Positions 10,101 to 18,050 of a stretch of DNA of 64,000 nucleotides are shown here, piece after piece. Below the pieces are notes generated by a model, which was given only the letters and a program-made list of their open reading frames with translations, was not told the origin of the DNA and made no database searches. The translations under genes and the position numbers were made by a program. Source of the stretch: an uncultured Gammaproteobacteria bacterium (GTDB lineage: Bacteria > Patescibacteriota > Patescibacteriia > Magasanikbacterales > GWA2-37-8); NCBI GenBank assembly GCA_964510885.1, contig CAZEDL010000001.1:312982-376981 (forward strand), read 5' to 3'. The stretch's first letter is position 1. The number at the start of each line of letters is the position of its first letter.

Positions 10101-12721
10101 CCAGTAATCGCATTAACAGCGCTTCCCACATCGATACCACCCAGATACGTCGGACTACTGGTGCTGACATCAAATATTTGTATTTCACAGCCGGTTGGAT
10201 CGCTAGCGGAACATGTTCCAGCACTAGTAGCTTTACCTAAAAAAGCATAACGACCATTGGCAAACACTGCATTAGCATTAATAGCTGAATCATCATATCC
10301 GCCTGAAAAAGTGGGGTTGCCGAGATTGTGGACAATATTTCCTCCTGAAACAATTAAATTAGACGACAGGGTAGTAGTCCCTGAGATCGATAACGCCCCC
10401 GCTATACTAGAGGAAGCTATACTGATGAAACCTGTCCCGAAGGTGGCCAACCCCCCAGTCTGCAGCGTTCCAGAAGCGCTTAGTGGGCCGGCGACCTGAA
10501 GTCCAGCCCCGATACTGCTACTAGCACTGATAATTAAGCCGCCCTGAAAAGTACTTAGTCCCGCAACTAAAAAAGTAGAAGAGACAGTGGTGGCACCCGA
10601 GATGCTTAGTGTGCCACCGATACTACTGCTAGCGTTGCTAATAAACCCCCCCGTTAGAGTAGATAGCTCATTTACCAAGAGCGTAGACGAGGCGTTCAAT
10701 GGGCCGGCAATCTGAAGACCGCCGCCAATTGAAGATGAAGCGCTGGAAATGAACCCGCTCGTTAGCGTCGTTAGGCCGCTTACTCCAAGGGTGCTATTTA
10801 ATGTTGCTGCTCCACCTACTAACAAGCTGGAGGAAGCATTTAAGGGCCCTGTAACCTGCAACCCCCCTCCAATGCTACTTGAAGCATTGCTAATGAATCC
10901 ATTTTCAAATGAGGTCAATCCGGTCAACGTACCACCGCTCAGTAACAGATAATTACTCGCGGTAATGGAGTCGACCACCATGGCGTCGGTGATACTATTA
11001 TCGGGTAAGGAAATAGAGTTATTAACTGTGAGCGTACCGACATTCTGAGTGGTAACAGAGGAAGAAGCAATGGTGGTGGTAGAAAAGGTCGTAGTAGCGG
11101 AAAAAGTATTTAAGCCGCTGAATGTTTGGTCGCTAGATAATCTGGCAAGTGTGGCCGCATCTGAGAGACTATCGGTGCTGAGGCCAGTAATAGTGGCACC
11201 GGTCAGAGTGAGCTGGCCGGTAACGGCTAGGTTGGTGGAGGTGGCGTTGGTGGATGTAGAGAACGAGGTGAACAAATTGGTAATGGTGGACGTGGAAGCA
11301 TTGACTAATACTCCCCCACTTAAAGTGGACAGTCCATTGGCCAAAAAGGTCGATGAGGCATTAAGCGCGCCAGCCACTTGTAATCCGCCTGCCACAGAAG
11401 AGGATGCTGAAGAAATAAAGCCACCGGTAGCAGTAGTGAGGCCACTGACGCCAAGGGTGCTGTTAAGCGTAGCAGCACCACCAACCAACAGGCTCGACGA
11501 GGCATTCAACGCGCCAGCCACCTGAAGACCAGCGCTAATGGAGGAGGAAGCAGTGGAGATAAAGCCACCTTGGAGCGCTGTCAAGCCGGTTAAGGTGCCG
11601 CCAGAGAGCAACAAGTAATTACTCGCGGTAATGGAGTCGACCACCATGGCGTCGGTGATAGAGTTGACCGGTAAGGAGAGTGAATTGTTTACGGTCAAGT
11701 TGGAAACGTTTTCAGTTGTAACGGTCGATGAGGCAATTGTAGTTGTTGTAAAAGTAGTGGTAGCGGAAAAAGTATTTAACCCGCTGAATGTTTGGTTGAC
11801 AGCTAGTTTCGCCAAGTTAGCCGCATCTGAGAGATTACTGCTAGATAGGCCAGTAATAGTGGCACCGGTCAGAGTGAGCTGGCCGGTAACGGCTAGGTTG
11901 GTGGAGGTGGCGTTGGTGGATGTGGCATTAGTGACAACGAGGTTAAATAGTGACGAAACGCCATCTACCGTCAAATTATTATACAAGCGAGCAGCTCCGC
12001 TCACCTGCAGAGTGGATGAACTAAATAACGCCCCCGTTTGATCGATACGAAGCAAGTTAAGCCCGGCTGCGGTTTGAAGTTGCAGCAAATCAACTGCTTG
12101 GCCGGTGGCACCGCGTACTGCTACCGGTACTGCCCCGGTAGAGGTAGCTTGGACAGAAAGAACAGAGCTCCCAAAAGGAGTGGTGGTGCCAATAGTTGAT
12201 TGGCCGGTCCCAGAAATACTACTAGCTGAAAGCGCGTAAGCAACGGCAGCAATTCGCTGGCGTGGGCTGAGAGTCTCGAAGGTCACTCCGCCACAAGAAT
12301 TACTGACTTGAGCCGCAACCTCTACATTAAGATAGACAGTATCATAATCTTGAAAATTAATATCAAGAATGTCACCTCCAGCACTCGTATCGCCGATCGG
12401 AGCAGTGAAAGTACCGTTTTTTACTAATACTGTCATTGTTGAGGGCGTGTTAGTCGGCCATAACTTGGTACCAGAACCAACTGAAGCTGTATTATACAAC
12501 GAGAAACGGAAACAATAATTAGCCCCAATATTTCCACCAAGCGCATTGGTACTACTGTCAAGCAAACGACCCTGATGATAGAGTATTCGAGGAACACCGG
12601 CGGCTCTAGTTATAGAGCCCGTAGAGAACAAACTCGACAAAAAAAATATACCCAATAGTCCGGCGCGAACCAACCGAGCCACATATTGGAGCGAATGATT
12701 GCCACCTCCCAAACGGATCAT
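7151..12721 (-). CDS. Giant Ser/Thr-rich surface protein: repeats, 7-blade Cys-pair propeller, chaperone/peptidase-like domain
   Basis: 1873-aa ORF, probable start ATG 12721. N-terminal TM/signal and HQGRLLD domain, NATSTN/ASSS repeats, seven CxxxxxxxCE(L/I)QxxD-type repeats, DLAEY...ENGPIxxGD...GYAM tail-fibre chaperone-like motif. Confidence 0.85.
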   Translation of the reverse strand: MIRLGGGNHSLQYVARLVRAGLLGIFFLSSLFSTGSITRAAGVPRILYHQGRLLDSSTNALGGNIGANYCFRFSLYNTASVGSGTKLWPTNTPSTMTVLVKNGTFTAPIGDTSAGGDILDINFQDYDTVYLNVEVAAQVSNSCGGVTFETLSPRQRIAAVAYALSASSISGTGQSTIGTTTPFGSSVLSVQATSTGAVPVAVRGATGQAVDLLQLQTAAGLNLLRIDQTGALFSSSTLQVSGAARLYNNLTVDGVSSLFNLVVTNATSTNATSTNLAVTGQLTLTGATITGLSSSNLSDAANLAKLAVNQTFSGLNTFSATTTFTTTTIASSTVTTENVSNLTVNNSLSLPVNSITDAMVVDSITASNYLLLSGGTLTGLTALQGGFISTASSSISAGLQVAGALNASSSLLVGGAATLNSTLGVSGLTTATGGFISSASSSVAGGLQVAGALNASSTFLANGLSTLSGGVLVNASTSTITNLFTSFSTSTNATSTNLAVTGQLTLTGATITGLSTDSLSDAATLARLSSDQTFSGLNTFSATTTFSTTTIASSSVTTQNVGTLTVNNSISLPDNSITDAMVVDSITASNYLLLSGGTLTGLTSFENGFISNASSSIGGGLQVTGPLNASSSLLVGGAATLNSTLGVSGLTTLTSGFISSASSSIGGGLQIAGPLNASSTLLVNELSTLTGGFISNASSSIGGTLSISGATTVSSTFLVAGLSTFQGGLIISASSSIGAGLQVAGPLSASGTLQTGGLATFGTGFISIASSSIAGALSISGTTTLSSNLIVSGGNIVHNLGNPTFSGGYDDSAINANAVFANGRYAFLGKATSAGTCSASDPTGCEIQIFDVSTSSPTYLGGIDVGSAVNAITGFGDYLVFGTNAASGFCSATTATGCELQMYNMFNPLSPVYSGGIDATTQIKGLAMEGGRVVIAKAVSAATCTFANPAGCEIQLYDLSGPSSTPRFMGGANDAGGSNFDAVALSGRRAYIGKASNSGTCSSTDNTGCELQIYDITASTTALIYIGGVDNGDNTANGITVNGMNVFLVNNANTGTCSSSTRTGCELQLFDVINPTNPTYKNGLDLTDATKAVMSAGRYLYVGKNASNGASCSISTPANCEIQVYDVSTSALTFVGGVDSGSGVSGTTVNALYVAGRRFFIGVGGSVDSCRALSENSAHGCEFQYYDVGGIETGGLISHTAEIGGLQVLQNAFFDNSLFLRGGLFAGVGGISSEGGLSVIGTTTLGSALTVVGTINASGTLAITGGSGAGGLKITASNSSTTITSFASGSGAGAFIFDTNSALSTASSSILFSLRNAGSKVLSVDTGGNVRSTGTITSNAAGSTIGDLAEYVDLSPGDTSEPGDVLISDPENPNKFKKSTSAYAVNVAGVISDTGRFLIGVSGENRGALALSGLVNTKVTDENGPISTGDYVVTASRAGYAMRYDLESGKTASIIGMALEPLATSSARITILIIRGLALPGSPSSTSVTSSALSFFDTESELGGTEILTTSTVASSSSFTISPSSSLVIGGLTVNGPTVLNGMVSVIGDIDFLATTTFEGSAFFADQVRIASTLTVSGTIAASRLVANEIVTPGLSYVSSTVDALASTTADLGIQLASSTMALSAVASTTDYLFNRMTTLENQSNLTLANLASSSLSIDQPGILRAGLQVDMLSSISGAISVGSEILFIGRPYFNADSGGFVVVPPGQKNVAVEFQHEYLEQPVVNATLSLETTSTLSADEAAALEEIIFTEDIRYIIIKKTTRGFTLHLSKPAPFELTFSWIALAVKNARRATVIPSEIVESPSGEVLPTDTTSTISTPSVTPPVDELSTSSEEVFTPASEPPQEYDTSTNPEGG
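10950..11923. repeat. Internal 666-bp (222-aa) tandem duplication in the giant gene
   Basis: Identical 77-bp blocks at 11181-11257 and 11847-11923; a further identical block starts at 10950 and 11616. Both offsets are 666. Confidence 0.9.
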
Positions 12722-12746
12722 ACGGCTGCTACGAGAAAAACACTTA

Positions 12747-14141
12747 TTAACAAGCACGAAAAACAACCACACACCCCAATATGTGCCCGTCTTTATCTTT
12801 AAGCGAGGTAATGTGATCAGTTATCGCGATTTTTTTTCCTTCTTTGGTTACTAAGACACGATAACTCACTGATTTTTTGGAGCGAATTTTATTCAGAGAT
12901 CTATTTTTAATAAAAGAAAGTGTGAGCAGACTCTCATATTTTTTACCGATTACTTCCGCTTCGGTAAATCCGGATACATTACTGGCGGCAGTATTGAAAC
13001 GAATAATGTTGGCTTGGTTATTAACGACTATAACACCATCCCCAATGCTCGAGAGAATGGCTTCATCCAAATCTTTCACTTCACTAATAGCGTGATACGA
13101 TTTGGTCAAAGCCTTAGCCATGGTATTAAACGAAGCACTCAGTTCACCTAACTCATCACGCGATGTCACCGGCACATGAACCTGCAGTTTGCCTTCGGAA
13201 AAGGCTTGTGTTGCAGCACGCAAGCTCTGAACTGGCCGAATAATACTCTGATAAAGCCAATAAGCGATTACCAATTCACTGATTACGATAAAAAAACTCA
13301 AAATAAATAAAGAAGCTAGGGCGTCATCAAAAGAATACGTGGTTTTGTCTAAGACTGTTTGTTCAAGAGCCGTAAGTAGCGTGGTAATAGCAGTTTCTTT
13401 TTCAATCAAACCATGCTCGCCACCAAGCGTGTTGGTAGCAGTAAGACCGAGATCGTATTCAATTTTAGCCACCCTACTAAAAAGGCCCTGATAACGCTCT
13501 AGGGCTTTCAAACTGTCCCCGTTATTTTTAAATCCCTGGCGTAAAATGGCTATGTGTCGATCAAATTCAGTTTGATCTAACGCGTGGTGTCGCAGACGGA
13601 AGAATTGCTCACGCTGCCGTGCTTGACGTAACGTGGCAGCGAGGTTAGCAGGGGTTGCCGCTTGTAAAGTGTTAAAAGCGCGATCAAGCTCGCCTTCAAG
13701 GCCAAAATCCCTAAAGCCGAGTTCACGATAGTCGCTAACGACTTGATAAAAGAGTACTCGATAGTCGCTCAGCAAGTCTGGTAACGCAGTTGAATTGTGA
13801 CCGCGCAGATCTAGTTTTTGGAGTTGTCCATTCAAGAGACTTAATCGACGAGAGAAATCTTGATACCCGCGCTCCCAATTATCAACATAGCGACTTTTTC
13901 CTTCGTTAAAAAAAAGAATATTTTTTTCATCTGTAACTCCCTGAGTGAAAAAAGCCTGCTCTTCGAGCCGCATTTGCAAAATTAAACTGCGTAATTCTTG
14001 GATGGTTCCGCGCGCAGCAACTTGATTGACTTTAATATCACGCAGTGTCAAAAAAACAAAGCTGGAAAAAATTAATAAAATTAGTATCGGCAGCCCAAAT
14101 GCCAGCAGTAATTTGGAACGCAGGCTAAAGGTTGAAAGCAT
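12747..14141 (-). CDS. TM sensor-HAMP-PAS protein lacking a kinase domain (probably a truncated histidine kinase)
   Basis: Two TMs, HAMP (IIRPVQSL...SRDELGELSASFNTMA) and PAS (ILSSIGDGVIVVN...FNTAA). It ends VVVFRAC* where VVFRDIT plus HisKA is usual. Confidence 0.75.
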   Translation of the reverse strand: MLSTFSLRSKLLLAFGLPILILLIFSSFVFLTLRDIKVNQVAARGTIQELRSLILQMRLEEQAFFTQGVTDEKNILFFNEGKSRYVDNWERGYQDFSRRLSLLNGQLQKLDLRGHNSTALPDLLSDYRVLFYQVVSDYRELGFRDFGLEGELDRAFNTLQAATPANLAATLRQARQREQFFRLRHHALDQTEFDRHIAILRQGFKNNGDSLKALERYQGLFSRVAKIEYDLGLTATNTLGGEHGLIEKETAITTLLTALEQTVLDKTTYSFDDALASLFILSFFIVISELVIAYWLYQSIIRPVQSLRAATQAFSEGKLQVHVPVTSRDELGELSASFNTMAKALTKSYHAISEVKDLDEAILSSIGDGVIVVNNQANIIRFNTAASNVSGFTEAEVIGKKYESLLTLSFIKNRSLNKIRSKKSVSYRVLVTKEGKKIAITDHITSLKDKDGHILGCVVVFRAC

Positions 14142-14363
14142 AGACCCTCCCTAGTTAGAGATAATTATAAGTAGTATACCAAAAAATTATACTTATCGCT
14201 ATGTGGAATGTTGATAAGTAACTGGAAACAAGATAAACTATGTGAGATTTCAAAAATCAATTTCTAATATCTGGCAAAAATTTCAATAGCTCATTTGAAA
14301 ATAGTAAATCTGACACCGTACTAGACATTAGAAATTGAACTATTTAAAAATTTCTATCCATTT

Positions 14364-15737
14364 ATGGCCCTCACCCTATATAACACTCTAACGCGCCAAA
14401 CAGAACTGTTTGCTGCTTTAAAAAAAGGCCACGTTGGGCTCTATACTTGTGGGCCGACAGTCTATAACTACGTACATATCGGGAATCTGCGCACCTATGT
14501 TTTTGAAGATATTCTGAAACGCGTTCTAACCCTCAACGGCTTCGACGTGAATCATGTGATGAATATCACCGATGTCGGCCACCTGACGAGCGACGGCGAT
14601 ACGGGCGAAGATAAAATGGAAAAAGGATCAGCGCGGGAGAATAAGTCGGCCTGGGATATTGCCGCCGAATATACGATTGCTTTTGAGCACGATATTGCGG
14701 AATTGAATATTTTGCCGCCGAGCGTGTGGTGCAAAGCGACGGATCATATTAAAGAGCAAATTGCCCTGATCAAAAAATTAGAGAAAAAAGAGTTTACCTA
14801 CCGCACCAAAGACGGCATCTATTTCGACACCTCAAAATTATCAGATTACGGCAAACTGGCTAATTTACAGAATCAGGAGCTACGCGCTGGCGTGCGAGTG
14901 GACGTGGGGGATAAAAAAAATAATACTGACTTTGCGCTGTGGAAGTTTTCGCCACCACTTGAGAAGCGGCAAATGGAATGGGATAGCCCGTGGGGAGTGG
15001 GCTTTCCGGGGTGGCATATTGAATGCTCGGCGATGGCCACCAAATATCTAGGGCAGCCGTTTGATATTCATTGCGGCGGGATTGACCATGTGCCGGTGCA
15101 CCACACCAATGAAATTGCCCAGAGTGAAGCGGCAGCCGGCAAGCCGCTGGCGAATTATTGGCTGCATGGGGAATTTCTTTTGATCAATAATGATAAAATG
15201 GCCAAGTCGGGGGAAAATTTTTTGACGATTTCAGTGCTGAAAGAAAAAGGCATTAAACCCCTTAGTTACCGTTATTTTTTGTTACAGAGTCATTATCGCC
15301 GTCAACTTAATTTTTCGTTTGAGGCACTGACAGCAGCTGAGCGCGGTTTGGAACACTTTTATAAAAGTGCCGCTGCGCTTCCAGAGGGAAAAGCGAGTGA
15401 CATATTTCGTAAAGAATTTTTGGAAAAAATTAATGATGATTTGGATATGCCGGGGGCGCTGGCCTTTGTTTGGGAGCAAATCAAGGCCAAGGCGATTACG
15501 CAGGCGGATATACTATGGGCGGACCAGGTATTTGGACTACAGATAAAAGAGTGGTTGGCCCATCATAAAATCGAGCAGAGTGCAGCCTTGCCAATAGAGG
15601 TGCGGGCACTGATTGACGAGCGTAATCAGGCCCGGGCCGATAAAAATTGGCAGCGGAGCGATGAATTACGGCAGGCTCTTGAAGCGATTGGGTATGTAGT
15701 GAAAGATACTAAGGACGGGACGAGTGTTAGTCGGTAA
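14364..15737 (+). CDS. cysS: Cysteine--tRNA ligase
   Basis: YTCGPTVY, HIGN, PGWHIECSAM, DIHCGG, KMAKS. Confidence 0.98.
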   Translation: MALTLYNTLTRQTELFAALKKGHVGLYTCGPTVYNYVHIGNLRTYVFEDILKRVLTLNGFDVNHVMNITDVGHLTSDGDTGEDKMEKGSARENKSAWDIAAEYTIAFEHDIAELNILPPSVWCKATDHIKEQIALIKKLEKKEFTYRTKDGIYFDTSKLSDYGKLANLQNQELRAGVRVDVGDKKNNTDFALWKFSPPLEKRQMEWDSPWGVGFPGWHIECSAMATKYLGQPFDIHCGGIDHVPVHHTNEIAQSEAAAGKPLANYWLHGEFLLINNDKMAKSGENFLTISVLKEKGIKPLSYRYFLLQSHYRRQLNFSFEALTAAERGLEHFYKSAAALPEGKASDIFRKEFLEKINDDLDMPGALAFVWEQIKAKAITQADILWADQVFGLQIKEWLAHHKIEQSAALPIEVRALIDERNQARADKNWQRSDELRQALEAIGYVVKDTKDGTSVSR

Positions 15738-15894
15738 AAATGCCTTACTCAACTATATATTTTTGATATACTACCCTTGCTTTTTTTGACTGTTTATGCT
15801 AAAAAGCGTACGCCTTTGATTACAGCCGTGGGATCTGGCAACTAGCCAGATTGACTGGTAGTAAAATCATAGGTAAACCACAAGGAGTAGGTCC

Positions 15895-16095
15895 ATGAAA
15901 CGGAGAATTTTCCTTTTCAGCATGATGGCGGTCTTCGCTGCGAGCCTGAGGGAAGCCCAGGCTGAATCGAAGTGCGACAAGGAGTGCAAGGGGGGAGGGG
16001 GAAAAGAAAAGGGAGTCGACAAGGGGGGCGACAAGGCGACAGACCAGAATGCGGATAAGCATAAAGCCCCCGCGGGACAAACGCCTCCCAAGTAG
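15895..16095 (+). CDS. Small GC-rich secreted Lys-rich orphan peptide
   Basis: SD AAGGAG, signal peptide ending AQA, CxxxC and a Lys/Gly-rich tail. Confidence 0.6.
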   Translation: MKRRIFLFSMMAVFAASLREAQAESKCDKECKGGGGKEKGVDKGGDKATDQNADKHKAPAGQTPPK

Positions 16096-16306
16096 CGGCG
16101 CCCCTAGTCTGAGCCAGACTGGCTGACCCAGACCCCGCCGAAGGACAAACACTATCCTGGCACCAGTTCCGTGTAGGAACTGGTGCCAAGAGAAATCGAT
16201 CTCGACAATGATGCCCTGTACCAGTCTATGCTTTTTAAAATCTGCTAATATTATAGGATAGGATGAAAGTTTTTTTCCAGCAGACCGGTTTAATTAGTCC
16301 TATTAA

Positions 16307-17233
16307 CTACATCCACCCTCTTCGTTTGAAAAATAGTACTGTGGCAATGCCACCCCAGAGCAAGATAGCCACGATAAGCCAAAAACCACCCGGAATATCC
16401 AAAAAGATATTACCCCGCGCATGAATGCCAAATAACGTCGCCGCCAAAGTAAGAGGAAACGTAATGACCGAAATAACAGTCAACATTTTCATGACTTCGG
16501 TGGTGCGCAGATTGATCAGTGATTCGTTGGTTTCGTGCAGCGCATTAATACTCTCCTTCTGGCTTTCAAGCATGTGCCAGATTTCATTGGCAAATTCTTT
16601 GAGCGAATTGATGTAGTTTTGATAATTATATAATTCGAGTTCGCGCCCGGCCGAGAGAATAATGCGATCAAGCACGGTACGATGACCCTGCATGGAGCGG
16701 CGGAAGGTGACGATATTGGTTTTGAGGCGGAGGACCTCTTCGGCCATCTGGGCCCCGGGAATACGCGCAAATAATTTGCGGTCGACAAGGGTAATATCTT
16801 CGTTTATATGGAGGAGAATCGGGAAAATAGCTTCGAACAGCCGGGTTAAGAGTTCAAACCATAAATGGACGGCGGTGCCCTGAAAAAATCCCTGAAGAGC
16901 GGCCGGATCTTTTTTGCATTCGGCAAACATCCGTTCGATAGTGAGGAGTTTATTGTCGTGAACAGTGACGAGCAGGTTGCGAGTGATAAAAAAATCCACT
17001 TCGGTGAAGCCGAGGCGCCGGGTTTCGCGATCAAACACCGGAAAATGAAGGATAATAAAATAATAATCGGGTCGTTTAACGATTTTGGGGCGCTGGAATG
17101 GGGGCAAGCATTCGGCAATATCGAGATCGGAGAATTTAAAGCGTTTTTGGATTTCGGCCAGATCCTTTTCGCCCTGGCGCGTGACATTCACCCAGGTCAG
17201 GCCATTGCGGTCTAATTGATGAATATTTTTCAT
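16307..17233 (-). CDS. corA: CorA-family Mg2+ transporter
   Basis: LTWVNV, RPKI, MKMLTVISVITFPLT, two C-terminal TMs; GMN appears as GIH. True start is probably ATG 17233, since the longer ORF runs through a repeat element. Confidence 0.88.
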   Translation of the reverse strand: MKNIHQLDRNGLTWVNVTRQGEKDLAEIQKRFKFSDLDIAECLPPFQRPKIVKRPDYYFIILHFPVFDRETRRLGFTEVDFFITRNLLVTVHDNKLLTIERMFAECKKDPAALQGFFQGTAVHLWFELLTRLFEAIFPILLHINEDITLVDRKLFARIPGAQMAEEVLRLKTNIVTFRRSMQGHRTVLDRIILSAGRELELYNYQNYINSLKEFANEIWHMLESQKESINALHETNESLINLRTTEVMKMLTVISVITFPLTLAATLFGIHARGNIFLDIPGGFWLIVAILLWGGIATVLFFKRRGWM

Positions 17234-17294
17234 AGGTCGATACCGGAAATGATGGAACACCTGAACGGTGTGAGTGAAACGCTTATTATGCTTT

Positions 17295-17395
17295 TCATTC
17301 CCGCCCCCGCTTACGCTGGGGGTAGACTCCGGCGGGAATCCAGTAATATTACTAGGCACTTATGCGACTGGATTCCCGTTTTCACGGGGATGACA
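17295..17395. repeat. TGTCA...TGACA family palindromic element (empty copy) upstream of corA
   Basis: TCATTCCCGCC...GGCGGGAATCCAG ... CTGGATTCCCGTTTTCACGGGGATGACA. Confidence 0.85.
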
Positions 17396-17508
17396 AATAA
17401 AAATTTACACCTATCATTCTGGAAACAATTATACCATACTTTTTTAGTCTAAAACAGCCAAACACACGCTTTCCTCTTTTTCCTTATATATGCTATACTA
17501 GCCATACT

Positions 17509-18039
17509 ATGGTCACCAACGAACTAAACGATACTCTTCCCTATAACGAGCGCCCACTCACTCCGGAAACAGAGGCTCCGCAAGATTCTCAGACAGCGGA
17601 ATTTGAACCAAGCATCGAGGCGCCTAAAGAACAAACCGGTGTTGACACTAAGCCGATACGACAGCAGCCCATCGACAGCAAAAAATCATTTGCGCTGCCG
17701 AGTTTGCGCCGGCCGAAAAAAGTTATTCCGCAGGTGCGCGATGAAGTGACACTCAAGATCGAGCATGTGCTCGAAGATGGGCTCAGCGATTCATTCCAGC
17801 GCCTGTCCCCCATTGCGCAACAGGAATTCAAGATCAAAGGCGAAGAAACAGCAGTGAAAATCCGTGAGCTGCTCACATCTACTCATGTCAAAGTGAAAAA
17901 AATTTTAGCGCTGATTCTGGATTGGCTGAAACTGCTCCCCGGGGTGAACCGATTTTTCCTGGAGCAAGAAGCCAAAATCAAAGCGGATCGGATTATTGAA
18001 ATCATCGAACAAAACCCCGACAAACGCATTAAGCTTTAG
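17509..18039 (+). CDS. Conserved hypothetical protein
   Basis: 176-aa ORF with a low-complexity N-terminus and a helical C-terminus (WLKLLPGVNRFFLEQEAKIK); TGnTATACT -10-like site upstream. Confidence 0.75.
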   Translation: MVTNELNDTLPYNERPLTPETEAPQDSQTAEFEPSIEAPKEQTGVDTKPIRQQPIDSKKSFALPSLRRPKKVIPQVRDEVTLKIEHVLEDGLSDSFQRLSPIAQQEFKIKGEETAVKIRELLTSTHVKVKKILALILDWLKLLPGVNRFFLEQEAKIKADRIIEIIEQNPDKRIKL

Positions 18040-18050
18040 CGGTTGTTTTT

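Noticed and set aside
16307-17359. N-terminal extensions of CorA (to 17359) and of the amidohydrolase (from 44794)
   Set aside because: They are read-through of palindromic elements; family-like sequence starts at 17233 and 44893.
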